Positions 37,053-46,477 of a stretch of 64,000 nucleotides of DNA are shown here, piece by piece. The notes under the pieces were generated by a model that saw only the letters and a program-made list of their open reading frames with translations, had not been told where the DNA came from and made no database searches. The position numbers were made by a program, and so were the translations under genes. The stretch covers positions 32,001 through 96,000 of the forward strand of contig JAXGYC010000010.1 of NCBI GenBank assembly GCA_040772485.1, read 5' to 3'. This DNA is from Sedimentisphaerales bacterium. GTDB lineage: Bacteria > Planctomycetota > Phycisphaerae > Sedimentisphaerales > Anaerobacaceae. Position 1 is the first letter of the stretch; every line of letters begins with the position of its first letter.

Positions 37053-39131
37053 ATGAACCGCTCGTCCCAGGTTTGCCGATTCATCGCCGTTCTGTCTCTG
37101 GCTTCCATGGCGCCAAACATCGTCCGGGGCGAGACTCCTGAGCTGCGATTCGAGCGGGCCGCATCCGGATACGCCGTGCGCATCTTGTTGGATGGTCGCC
37201 CAATGCTGAGCTCGCCCGCTGAGGGGCTCTGGTCGATCGCCGCCGGCTGGAAGGACGGCTGGCCCACAGACTGGGTCCACGCCGGCCCGACCGAGATGGA
37301 GCGCGCCGGCGACTGGACGATTCTGAGCGGCAGGTTGAACACTGCATCGGGGACGTGGCAGCTTCGTGACGCGTACCGAATGGAAGGCGACATCGTCCGA
37401 TGCGTGCGGCGGTTCGCCTGGCAGGGTGCGGCCACCGCAAAATGCACGACGTTGTCGGTCCGGTTCCAGTGTCCGGGCAGAGGGGCGGGCGCGCTGCTGC
37501 CGGGCATCCTTTACTATGGCAATCCTTCCGGCCGCCGCAGCGGACGCGTGCCTGTCTATGAGGGTCGGCCGGGCGACACCGCCTTCTTCGAGGAACACCG
37601 CTTCCCGATGCCATACGTCAGCATCGAATGGCCGGACCAAGCCGGACGCAGCGGAGCCGCACTTCACAGCGTGCCTTCGCCGGTGCCCTTCGGTCGCCGG
37701 CCGGATCAGTGGTGGTCGCTGGGGCTTGCCGCACACGAAGACGGCACGGAGTTGGCCCTGCTTTCCGGCCCTTGTGCCTCCAACGGCCGCAAAAGCGTCA
37801 TCAAGGCGACCCAGGATGGCTTCATCCCCTACGACGATGCCTGCCTGGATGTCCCCGCCGGGGCGATCATCGAGAAGACCTTCTACCTCCAGGTCTACGA
37901 CGTCGATTCGGAAGGATCGGGCTTCCAGCACGCCACGCGAACGTCATTGGAGCTCTTCGCGCCATTCGCCACGGACGGCATGCCGACGTTTCGCGAAATC
38001 GTCCGTTCGAAGCACCGGTTCGCCAAGACGCGCTGGCACGAAACCGACACCGAAGCTGGCTTCAAGAAGTACCCCGACCGGAACTTCTTCGTGCTGGGCT
38101 GGTGCGGCCAGGCGGCCGCGTGCGGTTACGCGTTTGCGGCCCTGGCAGACGAACTGAACGACCCTAACGCCCTGCTTATGGCGCAAAAATCGCTCGACTT
38201 TGTCGCGACCACGGAGTTTCACAACCAAGGGTTCTGCACGTGGTACAGTTGCGATGAGAAGCGATGGCTCCAGCAAGGAAACCCCGAACTGCTCTCGCAG
38301 GGCCAAGCGATGCTGAACGTGGCCAACGCCCTGCGGCTGGGCAAAACCAAGGGCCTCGACGTCGCCCGATGGGAGACGTTCCTTCGTCGCGCGTGCGATT
38401 TCCACGCCAAGCGAATTCTCTCTGAAGCGTGGCGTCCGGTGTCTACGAACGAAGCGTTCTTCATCGCGCCGTTGTGCCAGGCCTGGCGGCTCTTTAAGGT
38501 GGAGGAATACCGCGAGGCGGCTGCGAAGGCGGGACGCGTGTACGCCTCCCGCCACCTGAGCATGCGCGAGCCCTACTGGGGCGGCACGCTCGACGCCAGT
38601 TGCGAGGACAAGGAGGGTGCGTTTGCGGCCTTGCAGGGCTTCCTCGCTCTGTACGATCTGACCGGCGAGCCCGAGTATCTCAAGTGGGCCGCGCACGCAG
38701 GCGACGCCGTCCTGACCTACGTCGTGGTCTGGGACATCGACCTGCCCGCCGGAAGGCTCCGCGATCACGATTTCAAAACGCGCGGTTGGACCGCCGTGTC
38801 GGTCCAGAACCAGCATATCGACGTCTTCGGCGTGCTCATCGCGCCCGACATCTACCGTCTGGGACAGTACCTCGGACGCGAAGACCTCAAGAAGACCGCT
38901 CTGCTGATGTACCGCAGTTGCGGCCAGCTCATCGACCCCTTCGGCAGCCAGGGAGAGCAGCCTCACCATACGAACTACGCCCAGCACGGCGACTTCCGAA
39001 AGCAGTTGGAGGCCGGCAACATCGTTGGCGTGCGCGGCAACTACGTGGAACAGTGGACCGTCTTCTGGATCACCGCCCACTTCCTCAACGCGGCCGCCCA
39101 GTTCAAGGAGTTGGGCGTGTCGATCTGGTAG
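37053..39131 (+). CDS. Secreted hypothetical protein, probable (alpha/alpha)6 glycosidase-like C-terminus
   Basis: AGGAGG RBS, signal peptide, helical hairpin motifs (LYDLTGEPEYLKWA). Confidence 0.65.
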   Translation: MNRSSQVCRFIAVLSLASMAPNIVRGETPELRFERAASGYAVRILLDGRPMLSSPAEGLWSIAAGWKDGWPTDWVHAGPTEMERAGDWTILSGRLNTASGTWQLRDAYRMEGDIVRCVRRFAWQGAATAKCTTLSVRFQCPGRGAGALLPGILYYGNPSGRRSGRVPVYEGRPGDTAFFEEHRFPMPYVSIEWPDQAGRSGAALHSVPSPVPFGRRPDQWWSLGLAAHEDGTELALLSGPCASNGRKSVIKATQDGFIPYDDACLDVPAGAIIEKTFYLQVYDVDSEGSGFQHATRTSLELFAPFATDGMPTFREIVRSKHRFAKTRWHETDTEAGFKKYPDRNFFVLGWCGQAAACGYAFAALADELNDPNALLMAQKSLDFVATTEFHNQGFCTWYSCDEKRWLQQGNPELLSQGQAMLNVANALRLGKTKGLDVARWETFLRRACDFHAKRILSEAWRPVSTNEAFFIAPLCQAWRLFKVEEYREAAAKAGRVYASRHLSMREPYWGGTLDASCEDKEGAFAALQGFLALYDLTGEPEYLKWAAHAGDAVLTYVVVWDIDLPAGRLRDHDFKTRGWTAVSVQNQHIDVFGVLIAPDIYRLGQYLGREDLKKTALLMYRSCGQLIDPFGSQGEQPHHTNYAQHGDFRKQLEAGNIVGVRGNYVEQWTVFWITAHFLNAAAQFKELGVSIW

Positions 39132-39155
39132 GGGCGAGGCATGCCTCGCCCTTAC
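39128..39155. repeat. GTAG-type REP-like palindrome overlapping the upstream stop codon
   Basis: GTAG-GGGCGAGGC-AT-GCCTCGCCC. Confidence 0.65.
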
Positions 39156-39172
39156 GCGGGTATAGCAAACCT

Positions 39173-40129
39173 ATGCAAACCAAGACGCTTAAGAGTGACT
39201 CACTGCTGCTGGTGGCCGCCTTCTTCTGGGGCACGACCTTCGTCGCCCAGCGCAAGGGCATGGACCACATGGGTCCGATGCTGTACAATGCCCTGCGTTT
39301 CCTTCTCGGCGCCGTGACACTGGTGCCTCTGATCGCCTGGCCGGGCCTCCGCATAGCGGGCGCTCGGACCGGCACGCCGGGTCTTCTGTTCTGGGGCGGG
39401 CTCCTGGCCGGCGTGGCCCTCTTCGGAGGGGCCTCGCTCCAGCAGATGGGCCTGCAATACACCACCGCCGGCAAGGCCGGTTTCGTCACCAGCCTCTACG
39501 TCGTCCTGGTTCCCCTGATGGGCCTGTTCCTGGGGCACCGTTGCGGCCCATCCCTGTGGCTTGGCGTCGCCCTGACCGTTGCCGGCCTGTATCTGCTCAG
39601 CGTCACCGAATCGCTCACCATCGCGCGGGGCGACCTGCTGGTGCTCGCCAGCGCCCTGTTCTGGGCGATTCACGTGCAGTTGATCGGCTATCTGGCCCAG
39701 CGGGGCGACCCGCTGCGGATCGCCTGCGCCCAGTTCCTGGTCTGCTCGGCGTTGAGCTTTCTGGCGGCCCTGGCCGGCGAATCGATCACGGCCGGAGCCA
39801 TCCGCGCCGCCACGATCCCGATTCTCTACGGCGGGATCCTCTCGGCGGGCGTGGCTTTTACGCTACAGGTCATCTGCCAGCGGACCTCGCCGCCCGCCCA
39901 CGCCGCGATCATCATGAGCCTCGAAACCGTCTTCGCCGCCCTGGCCGGTTGGCTGCTTCTCGATGAGCGCATGGGTTGGCGGGGCATAGCCGGTTGTGCG
40001 CTGATGCTGGCCGGGCTGATGGTCGTGCAGTTGCCTCCCCTGCTCGGCGCCGGCCGCAAAGCCCGCCAGCCGGAAGGTGATTTGGCGATGCTGCCGGAAA
40101 GGCCGCCTTATCACGATCCGGTCTGCTGA
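39173..40129 (+). CDS. DMT/EamA family transporter
   Basis: About 10 TMs; FWGTTFV, TTAGKAGF, AIIMSLETVF. Confidence 0.9.
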   Translation: MQTKTLKSDSLLLVAAFFWGTTFVAQRKGMDHMGPMLYNALRFLLGAVTLVPLIAWPGLRIAGARTGTPGLLFWGGLLAGVALFGGASLQQMGLQYTTAGKAGFVTSLYVVLVPLMGLFLGHRCGPSLWLGVALTVAGLYLLSVTESLTIARGDLLVLASALFWAIHVQLIGYLAQRGDPLRIACAQFLVCSALSFLAALAGESITAGAIRAATIPILYGGILSAGVAFTLQVICQRTSPPAHAAIIMSLETVFAALAGWLLLDERMGWRGIAGCALMLAGLMVVQLPPLLGAGRKARQPEGDLAMLPERPPYHDPVC

Positions 40130-40311
40130 ACCGAACCTTGTGCGTTGGCGTCAGTATTCTGGGGGAACGGAACGTTAGCCGTTGCAGTCAGAGGCCCGTT
40201 TTGAGATCATGGGACCGTCAGGTTACGTCTCCTGCCGGGCAAGCGCCTGAGGAACAGCAGCGATCAAAGTCGACACGGAGCCATTCAACGTGCCATTGAG
40301 AGGACACACCC

Positions 40312-41223
40312 ATGTATAGCATTGACATTTCCCGACGCCAGTTCATTGCAGCGACCGCCGCCATCGCCGGGGGTTTGGCCCTGTCGCCCTTGTCCGCTCG
40401 CGCCGCCGGCGCCACCCGGGCAACCGCTGCTGACCAGGTCGCGCTGGGCCGGACCGGGCTGAAGCTCAGCCGGCTCGGCGTCGGCTGCGGCAGCAGCAGC
40501 GGCAACGTCCAGCGGTCCCTCGGCCACGATAGTTTCAACCGCCTGATCCGCTACGCCTACGATCAGGGCCTGACCTATCTGGACACCGCCCAATCCTACC
40601 AGACCCACGAGTGGATTCGCGAGGCCATCCAGGGCCTGCCGCGAGAGAAGTTCTTCATCCAGACCAAGATGTCGGGCAACCCCGAAAAGCCGCTGGAAGT
40701 GCTTGACCGCTTCCGTCAGGAGCTGGGGACCGACTATATCGACAGCGTACTGACGCACTGCACCGTCACGCCGGACTGGGATAACGAGCGCAGGCGCGTC
40801 ATGGACGCCCTGGAGGAGGCCAAGGCCAGGAAGATCATCGGCGCTCACGGCGTCTCGTGCCACAGCCTGCCGGCGCTCGCGCTCGCGGCCCGCCTGGACT
40901 GGGTCGACGTCAACCTCGTGCGTCTGAACCCCCAAGGCGCGCACCTGGACACCCCCGCCGTGACGTGGAACGCCACGAGCAATGCATCGCACGTGCTGCC
41001 GGTAATCGAGCAGATCAAGGTGATGCGCCAGAACGGGCACGGCGTCATCGGGATGAAGATGATTGGGGACGGGGACTTCGCCGAGGCCGCCGACCGCCGG
41101 ACCGCGATCCGCTTCGCCATCCAGTCGGACCTGGCCGACGCGATCGTCATCGGCTTCAAGAGCGCCGAGGAGATCGACGAGGCGGTCAAGACGGTCAACG
41201 CCGCCCTGGCCGTCATGGCGTGA
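40312..41223 (+). CDS. Tat-signal aldo/keto reductase
   Basis: SRRQFI Tat motif; LGRTGLKLSRLG, LDTAQSY, QTK, GVSCH. Confidence 0.88.
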   Translation: MYSIDISRRQFIAATAAIAGGLALSPLSARAAGATRATAADQVALGRTGLKLSRLGVGCGSSSGNVQRSLGHDSFNRLIRYAYDQGLTYLDTAQSYQTHEWIREAIQGLPREKFFIQTKMSGNPEKPLEVLDRFRQELGTDYIDSVLTHCTVTPDWDNERRRVMDALEEAKARKIIGAHGVSCHSLPALALAARLDWVDVNLVRLNPQGAHLDTPAVTWNATSNASHVLPVIEQIKVMRQNGHGVIGMKMIGDGDFAEAADRRTAIRFAIQSDLADAIVIGFKSAEEIDEAVKTVNAALAVMA

Positions 41224-41270
41224 CAGGCGGGATATGGAGGAGCGAGTCTGAAGAGGACTTTGCCTCAATA

Positions 41271-41300
41271 GTAGATCGTAAATCGTAAATCGCAGATCGA
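41271..41300. repeat. Heptamer tandem repeat (AATCGTA type)
   Basis: GTAGATCGTAAATCGTAAATCGCAGATCG. Confidence 0.75.
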
Positions 41301-41314
41301 CTCTGGAGCGCACC

Positions 41315-41962
41315 ATGAGACGTCACCGCCTGATCGCAGCAACTCTGTCCATCCCAATCTTGTCACTCGCCTGCCTGGCGGTCTACGCCGCTGAGCAGAC
41401 CAGGCCCAGTGACGAGTTCCGCAAGCAGTTCATCGACAGTTTCCGGCGGACGGGCCTGAACACCGCGCCCGGCGACGCCATGATGCTCCGCATCCTCGTC
41501 GAGGCCTGCGGCGCCAAGCGAGGCGTCGAGGTCGGCGCCGCCAGCGGCTACGGCGCCATCAACATGGGAATCGCCTTCGAGCGAACGGGAGGTCACCTTT
41601 GGACCCTGGAGATCGATCCGCGTATGGTCCGCCAGACCCGCGAGAACATCGCGAAGATGGGGCTCCAGGAGACGGTCACGTGCATCGAAGGCGATGCGCT
41701 CCAGACGCTGCACGAGATCGAAGGCCCGATCGACTTCGTCTTCCTCGACGCGGTCAAGAGCGACTATCTGAAGTACCTCCGGATTATCGAGCCCAGGCTC
41801 GCCAAAGGCGCCGTCGTGGTCGGCGACAACGTGATCCAGTCGGCCCGCGCCATGAAGGACTTCCTCGACTACCTCCAGACCAGCCCCGATTACGACACCG
41901 TCATCATCCGCGCCTCGATGGACAAGAACGACGGCATATCCATCAGCTACAAAATCCGCTGA
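41315..41962 (+). CDS. O-methyltransferase (class I SAM-dependent) with N-terminal signal peptide
   Basis: EVGAASGYG, DFVFLDAVK, GDNV. Confidence 0.88.
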   Translation: MRRHRLIAATLSIPILSLACLAVYAAEQTRPSDEFRKQFIDSFRRTGLNTAPGDAMMLRILVEACGAKRGVEVGAASGYGAINMGIAFERTGGHLWTLEIDPRMVRQTRENIAKMGLQETVTCIEGDALQTLHEIEGPIDFVFLDAVKSDYLKYLRIIEPRLAKGAVVVGDNVIQSARAMKDFLDYLQTSPDYDTVIIRASMDKNDGISISYKIR

Positions 41963-41979
41963 TCGCGTGAAGGGCCTTT

Positions 41980-43485
41980 CTACGCGCCACTGCGGCAGAA
42001 GATGTCGATGGTCTTGGCGTCGACGGTGATGAGGGCCTCGCCGTTCTGGACGGCTAAGGGCTGGGCTGTCTTCCAGTGCTTGAGGCTCGCAACCGCGTCC
42101 GCGACGCGCTGCGGGATGACCGACGTGTTCAGCTTCAGATGGATCGGGCCCGCCATCGGCTTGTAGCCGTTGTTGATGACCACCAGGGCGATGTCGTCCG
42201 TGGCGATGCGGAGGAACGCGTAGACCAGATCGTCGGACCACAGCGTTACGGTCGTTCCGTACTTCAGTGCGGCGTTGCCTTTTCGCAGACGAATGAGGTC
42301 CCACGTCCACTCGTAGATCTGATGCTCCTTGTAGAGATGCGGCTTGGCGTGGTGGTCGTTGCCGATCGCATCCCACGGGAAATCCCGCCGCAGGTCGCGG
42401 TCGTCGGCGCCCTTCCAGCCTTCCAGCCCGATCTCCGTGCCGTAGTAGAGCTGCGGGATGCCGCGCATCGTGAACAGCGCGCCCAGGCAGAGCTTCGTGA
42501 CACGGACGGCCCAGTCGAGCCCGGCGCCGATCCCGGTGTGCTTGGTCCGGGCGTGGCTCATGATCCGCCGCTGGAGGTCGTGATTGTCGAGCAGCGTGAC
42601 GAGCCGGTTCGCGTTGCGGTATCCGCCCTTGAACGGGTTGTCGTTGTCGAGCACGCCGAGCGGCTCGCTGTCGTTCAATCGCGGCCGGGCCAGCCAGTAG
42701 CGAAGGCTCTCATCGTAGATCAGCGCCGACCGCAGGGCCGTGCACAGGGGGAAGTCGAAGATCGAGTCGAAATCGTGGTAGTTCTGGTACTCCAGGAGCC
42801 GGGCGACGTCGTCCTTGCCCTCGCACAGCACCTCGCCGATCAGGCACACATCCGGATGCTCGCCGCGAATCTGCGACTTGAAGTAGTGCCAGAATTTGGG
42901 CTCGACGTGCTTGACGGTATCCATGCGGATGTTGGTGACCTTGCCCTTCTCGATCCAGTCTTCGATGTTGTTGACGAAGTAGTCGAGCACTTCGGGGTTG
43001 TCGTGGTTGAAGTCCGGCAGGCCCGACAGCTCGCCTTTGATGTCGCCGGAACCGCCTTCGTTGAACCAGTCCGGCTTGAATTTGCCCTTCGCCCCGTAGC
43101 CCGCGTGGTTCACCACCATGTCGAGCACGACCTTCATCCCCTTCTTCTTGCACAGGGCGACGAACTTGCCGAACGTGTTCATGGTTGGCGACTTGGGCAG
43201 ATGCGTGCCGTCGAGCAGCCGCTTGTCCATCTTCTCGAAGTTCTGGGGCCAGTAGTAGTGGTACGGCTCCGACGAGTCGGTCTTGGCGATGTTCTCGTAG
43301 ACCGGCGTCACCCAGATCGCCGTCACGCCCAGCTCGGCCAGATAGTCCAGCTTCTCGACGATCCCGTCGAGCGTGCCCCCATGAATCGTCGTGTCCGACG
43401 GCTCGATGTTCTTCTTGTTCGCACCGAAAAATCGATCCGTCACAATGAAGTAAATCACATCATCCTGAGTAATCTGCGCGTCCAT
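41980..43485 (-). CDS. Alpha-amylase family (GH13) glycosidase
   Basis: YFIVTDRF, DMVVNH, RMDTVKH, IGEV, DNHD, YYGTE. Confidence 0.92.
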   Translation of the reverse strand: MDAQITQDDVIYFIVTDRFFGANKKNIEPSDTTIHGGTLDGIVEKLDYLAELGVTAIWVTPVYENIAKTDSSEPYHYYWPQNFEKMDKRLLDGTHLPKSPTMNTFGKFVALCKKKGMKVVLDMVVNHAGYGAKGKFKPDWFNEGGSGDIKGELSGLPDFNHDNPEVLDYFVNNIEDWIEKGKVTNIRMDTVKHVEPKFWHYFKSQIRGEHPDVCLIGEVLCEGKDDVARLLEYQNYHDFDSIFDFPLCTALRSALIYDESLRYWLARPRLNDSEPLGVLDNDNPFKGGYRNANRLVTLLDNHDLQRRIMSHARTKHTGIGAGLDWAVRVTKLCLGALFTMRGIPQLYYGTEIGLEGWKGADDRDLRRDFPWDAIGNDHHAKPHLYKEHQIYEWTWDLIRLRKGNAALKYGTTVTLWSDDLVYAFLRIATDDIALVVINNGYKPMAGPIHLKLNTSVIPQRVADAVASLKHWKTAQPLAVQNGEALITVDAKTIDIFCRSGA

Positions 43486-43553
43486 AATGCCCTCCCTGGA
43501 CAGCCTAACCCATATGGTACGGATCAAAAAGAGCCCTCGGGCCTGAGCGACCT

Positions 43554-43666
43554 TGTCATCCTGAGCCTGCGAAGGATCTGGCCACGGCAGAAGAATCCGC
43601 TCTCGTTCGCAGCCGAGATCCCTTCGGCAGGCTCAGGGCAGGCTCTTCACTTCGTTCAGGATGACA
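43554..43666. repeat. MITE-like palindromic element
   Basis: 11-bp terminal inverted repeat TGTCATCCTGA/TCAGGATGACA. A related degenerate copy lies at about 44734-44835. Confidence 0.7.
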
Positions 43667-43931
43667 GAACACGCTGCACGACCCAACCATAACCCGCGTC
43701 AATGAATACATGCATCGTCCGCAGCATACCGCGGCGCCATGCTGGACTCGTCACAGCTCCATATCTCTGACTATTCTGTACGACCAGACAACACCAAAGA
43801 TCGCTCCGACCCCAGAGACGCAAATGCATTTTCGCTTCGGTGTCGGACTCCAGGACGTCCGACAGCATGTGGTCCGGAAAGAGATCATAGTCGCAGGGTG
43901 GGCACCGCCCACCTTCAGACCCGTCTATGCC

Positions 43932-44141
43932 TCACGCGTTAACGATTCGGTCGGCGACGGCCCTGGCCTCTTCGATCTTGCCGGTTCGCAGGAGGGTCAG
44001 GGCCTCCATGGTGTCTCGTTCCAGCTTGAGACGGCCTTTGTCCTCGAAACGGGCCAGGGCCCTCTCAAAACGGTTCGCCGTCCTGACCAGAGAACACAGC
44101 AGGACGCAATTGAACGCTGCCAGGATCGTCGATAGTATCAT
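43932..44141 (-). CDS. Small hypothetical protein
   Basis: 69-aa ORF with a hydrophobic N-terminus and helical remainder. Confidence 0.45.
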   Translation of the reverse strand: MILSTILAAFNCVLLCSLVRTANRFERALARFEDKGRLKLERDTMEALTLLRTGKIEEARAVADRIVNA

Positions 44142-44181
44142 ATGGAACCCTTAAGGCCACCCGTCATCATCTTCTTGCGCA

Positions 44182-44526
44182 TCATCTCACTACGGCCCAG
44201 AGCAACAGCGTGGTCAGGAGACTGATGCCGATGCATGCGTAGGCCGTCCAATAGGCCTTGCGGCGTGGCTCGCGGAGGCCTTTCGATCCGAACGTGAAGT
44301 ACTTCCTCTGTCGGTACAGGGGCCACTTGGCGACGAACAGCAGCACGATTCCGGCAAGCGCCGAGGCCAGGGCAATCCAGAAAAGCGTGAGGTCTCCCTG
44401 TCTGGCGCCGGCCAATATGGGGATCAAACCGCCCGAGATCACCAGAGCGGCCGGAATCGCCAACTCGAGCGCGATGAAGAACTCCCAATCTTTGGAAAGA
44501 AACCCGCTTGATCTCTCGCGTCTCAT
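44182..44526 (-). CDS. Small membrane protein (about 3 TMs)
   Basis: Hydrophobic segments; start chosen at MRRERS. Confidence 0.55.
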   Translation of the reverse strand: MRRERSSGFLSKDWEFFIALELAIPAALVISGGLIPILAGARQGDLTLFWIALASALAGIVLLFVAKWPLYRQRKYFTFGSKGLREPRRKAYWTAYACIGISLLTTLLLWAVVR

Positions 44527-44832
44527 GCTCTCACCCGCACCACATGGGAAGACCGCTGTCTTCGCCACATCCCAACACCTGATTCTCCTTCGTCTGCGGC
44601 GCATATGATAGCCCATCGCGCCGGTCAATGCAACAGAATTAGGGAGATACCCACGAACAATGCGTCCAGCGTGCGCCGGCGTCCTTCGGCAGTCAGACGC
44701 AATGGGAACCACCTCCAGCCGCGTGTTCCTGCTTGTCACCCCGAGTGGAACGAAGTGCAGCCGAGGGGTCTGGCCATAGACCATGCATCCCTCAGATTCG
44801 TGGCCAGATTCCTCCACTCCGCTGCGCTGCGG

Positions 44833-46254
44833 TCAGGCCCAGGGGACGCTTTGGAGGGCCTTGGTCTTCTCGGGCAGGTGGAAGATCCGGCGGGCGTTGC
44901 TGTGCATGATGAGGTCGGCCAGCTCCAGCGAATCGGCCACAGACACCCACCCTTCTTCGACCAGTTCGGTCAGGGCCAGCGCGATGCCCTGTCGGGCGAT
45001 GGCCGCGTGGCCGAGAACGGGTTCGACGGGGATGTAATCGCCTCCGAAGGTCAGGACCTTGTTGGCCGGAGCGGTCACGAGGAACTTCTTGAGGAAGTCT
45101 TTGGCCGAGACGGGGTTGATGATCCACGACCAGCACATGTCGACGTGGGCGTTGGCGTAGTGCTTGGCGACGCTGATCAGCTCTTCATAATACGGATAGC
45201 AGATGTGCATGAACACGAACGGCGTATCGGGCGCGGTGCGGCACAGGTCGCTGGCCGAGCCGGGATTGTGCAGCAGCCGGCCCTGCGGCATGTAGTTCTG
45301 CCCGGCGTAGTAGCCCGTGTGGAGCTTGACCGGCAGCTTGTGCTCCGTCGCCTTGCCGACCGCGTACCAGAACAGGTGGTCCTCCAACGCCTTCTTTTCC
45401 TGGGCAGAGAGCGGTTCGTTGGCCAGCCGTTTCTTGAATATAGCCTCGACCTTTTCGGCCGGCACCTGCTCGTAGTTGATGTCACGGTGGTAGGCGTCCT
45501 GCGACTTGACCGCGACGGCGTACTTGCCGTACTTGGCGAACCACCAGTCGATCACGCGGTGCCAGTCGGCCAGCGAGCCGACCTCGATGCCGGTCGGTTT
45601 GCCGAACGCGTCGAGGTTCGGGCCTGCGTACATACCGAGAATGCTCAGGTCCTGCATCAGCAGCGTGGGCATGTCCGACTCGCCGAACGGCGCGCCGAGA
45701 AAGTTCACCTGGCACGATTCGATCTTGCCCATCTCGCAGAGGATGCGCCGGTAGAAGCCCGCCCGCCGCGTCTGCTCGTAGCCGGCCTGCACCTTCTCGA
45801 CGGTCGCGGCCGACAGATCGTCCACGTCATAGAGCCGACGCATCGCGATCCGCACGGCCTGCCCATAGCCGGTGTTCTTCACGGCGGGCCAGTACGGCTC
45901 CAGCAATCGCCACTTCTCCACTGGATCGGTCTTCGGCGAGAAGAACCGATCGTACGTCTCGCCCGACATGCCCGCCACGACGAGGTCGGAATCCAGGTAG
46001 TGGCTCAGCAGCACGCTCCAGTCGTCCGCATCATCGCGGGACGCCGCCACCAGCCGGTCCTTCTCCTCCGGCAGGTGTTCGTGCGTGTCGATCAGAGGCG
46101 TGCCCGACACCTTCTCGGCAATCGCCGGATGGATGCGTCCGGGAAGAGCCGGGGCCTTCGCCTCCACCGTCTTCGATCCGAGGATGGTCGTGGCGCCCAG
46201 TGCGCCCATGCCGGCCAGCGTGTCCCGTCTGGAGATGCGACTGCCCTTCTTCAT
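44833..46254 (-). CDS. Tat-signal amidohydrolase (uronate-isomerase-like)
   Basis: SRRDTL Tat motif; IDTHEH, KLHTG, FMH, FGGDY. Confidence 0.82.
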   Translation of the reverse strand: MKKGSRISRRDTLAGMGALGATTILGSKTVEAKAPALPGRIHPAIAEKVSGTPLIDTHEHLPEEKDRLVAASRDDADDWSVLLSHYLDSDLVVAGMSGETYDRFFSPKTDPVEKWRLLEPYWPAVKNTGYGQAVRIAMRRLYDVDDLSAATVEKVQAGYEQTRRAGFYRRILCEMGKIESCQVNFLGAPFGESDMPTLLMQDLSILGMYAGPNLDAFGKPTGIEVGSLADWHRVIDWWFAKYGKYAVAVKSQDAYHRDINYEQVPAEKVEAIFKKRLANEPLSAQEKKALEDHLFWYAVGKATEHKLPVKLHTGYYAGQNYMPQGRLLHNPGSASDLCRTAPDTPFVFMHICYPYYEELISVAKHYANAHVDMCWSWIINPVSAKDFLKKFLVTAPANKVLTFGGDYIPVEPVLGHAAIARQGIALALTELVEEGWVSVADSLELADLIMHSNARRIFHLPEKTKALQSVPWA

Positions 46255-46477
46255 GGCGAGGTTCCTTCAATCACCGAGGGTCTTGTTGGCGTTCCGCTTC
46301 GCGCGGCCGAGGCCGCGACGAGATACCAGAGAATCCGCCCTACTCTACCACTGTGCGACCGGAAACGCCAATATGGGATTGATGCACTTTGTCTCACCGA
46401 TCGCTATACTGTCGTTCGATGGGCCGGACGATCCGTCGCCGGCTGCGGAATTCAGAGACCATCTGAAAGGAGCCGCC

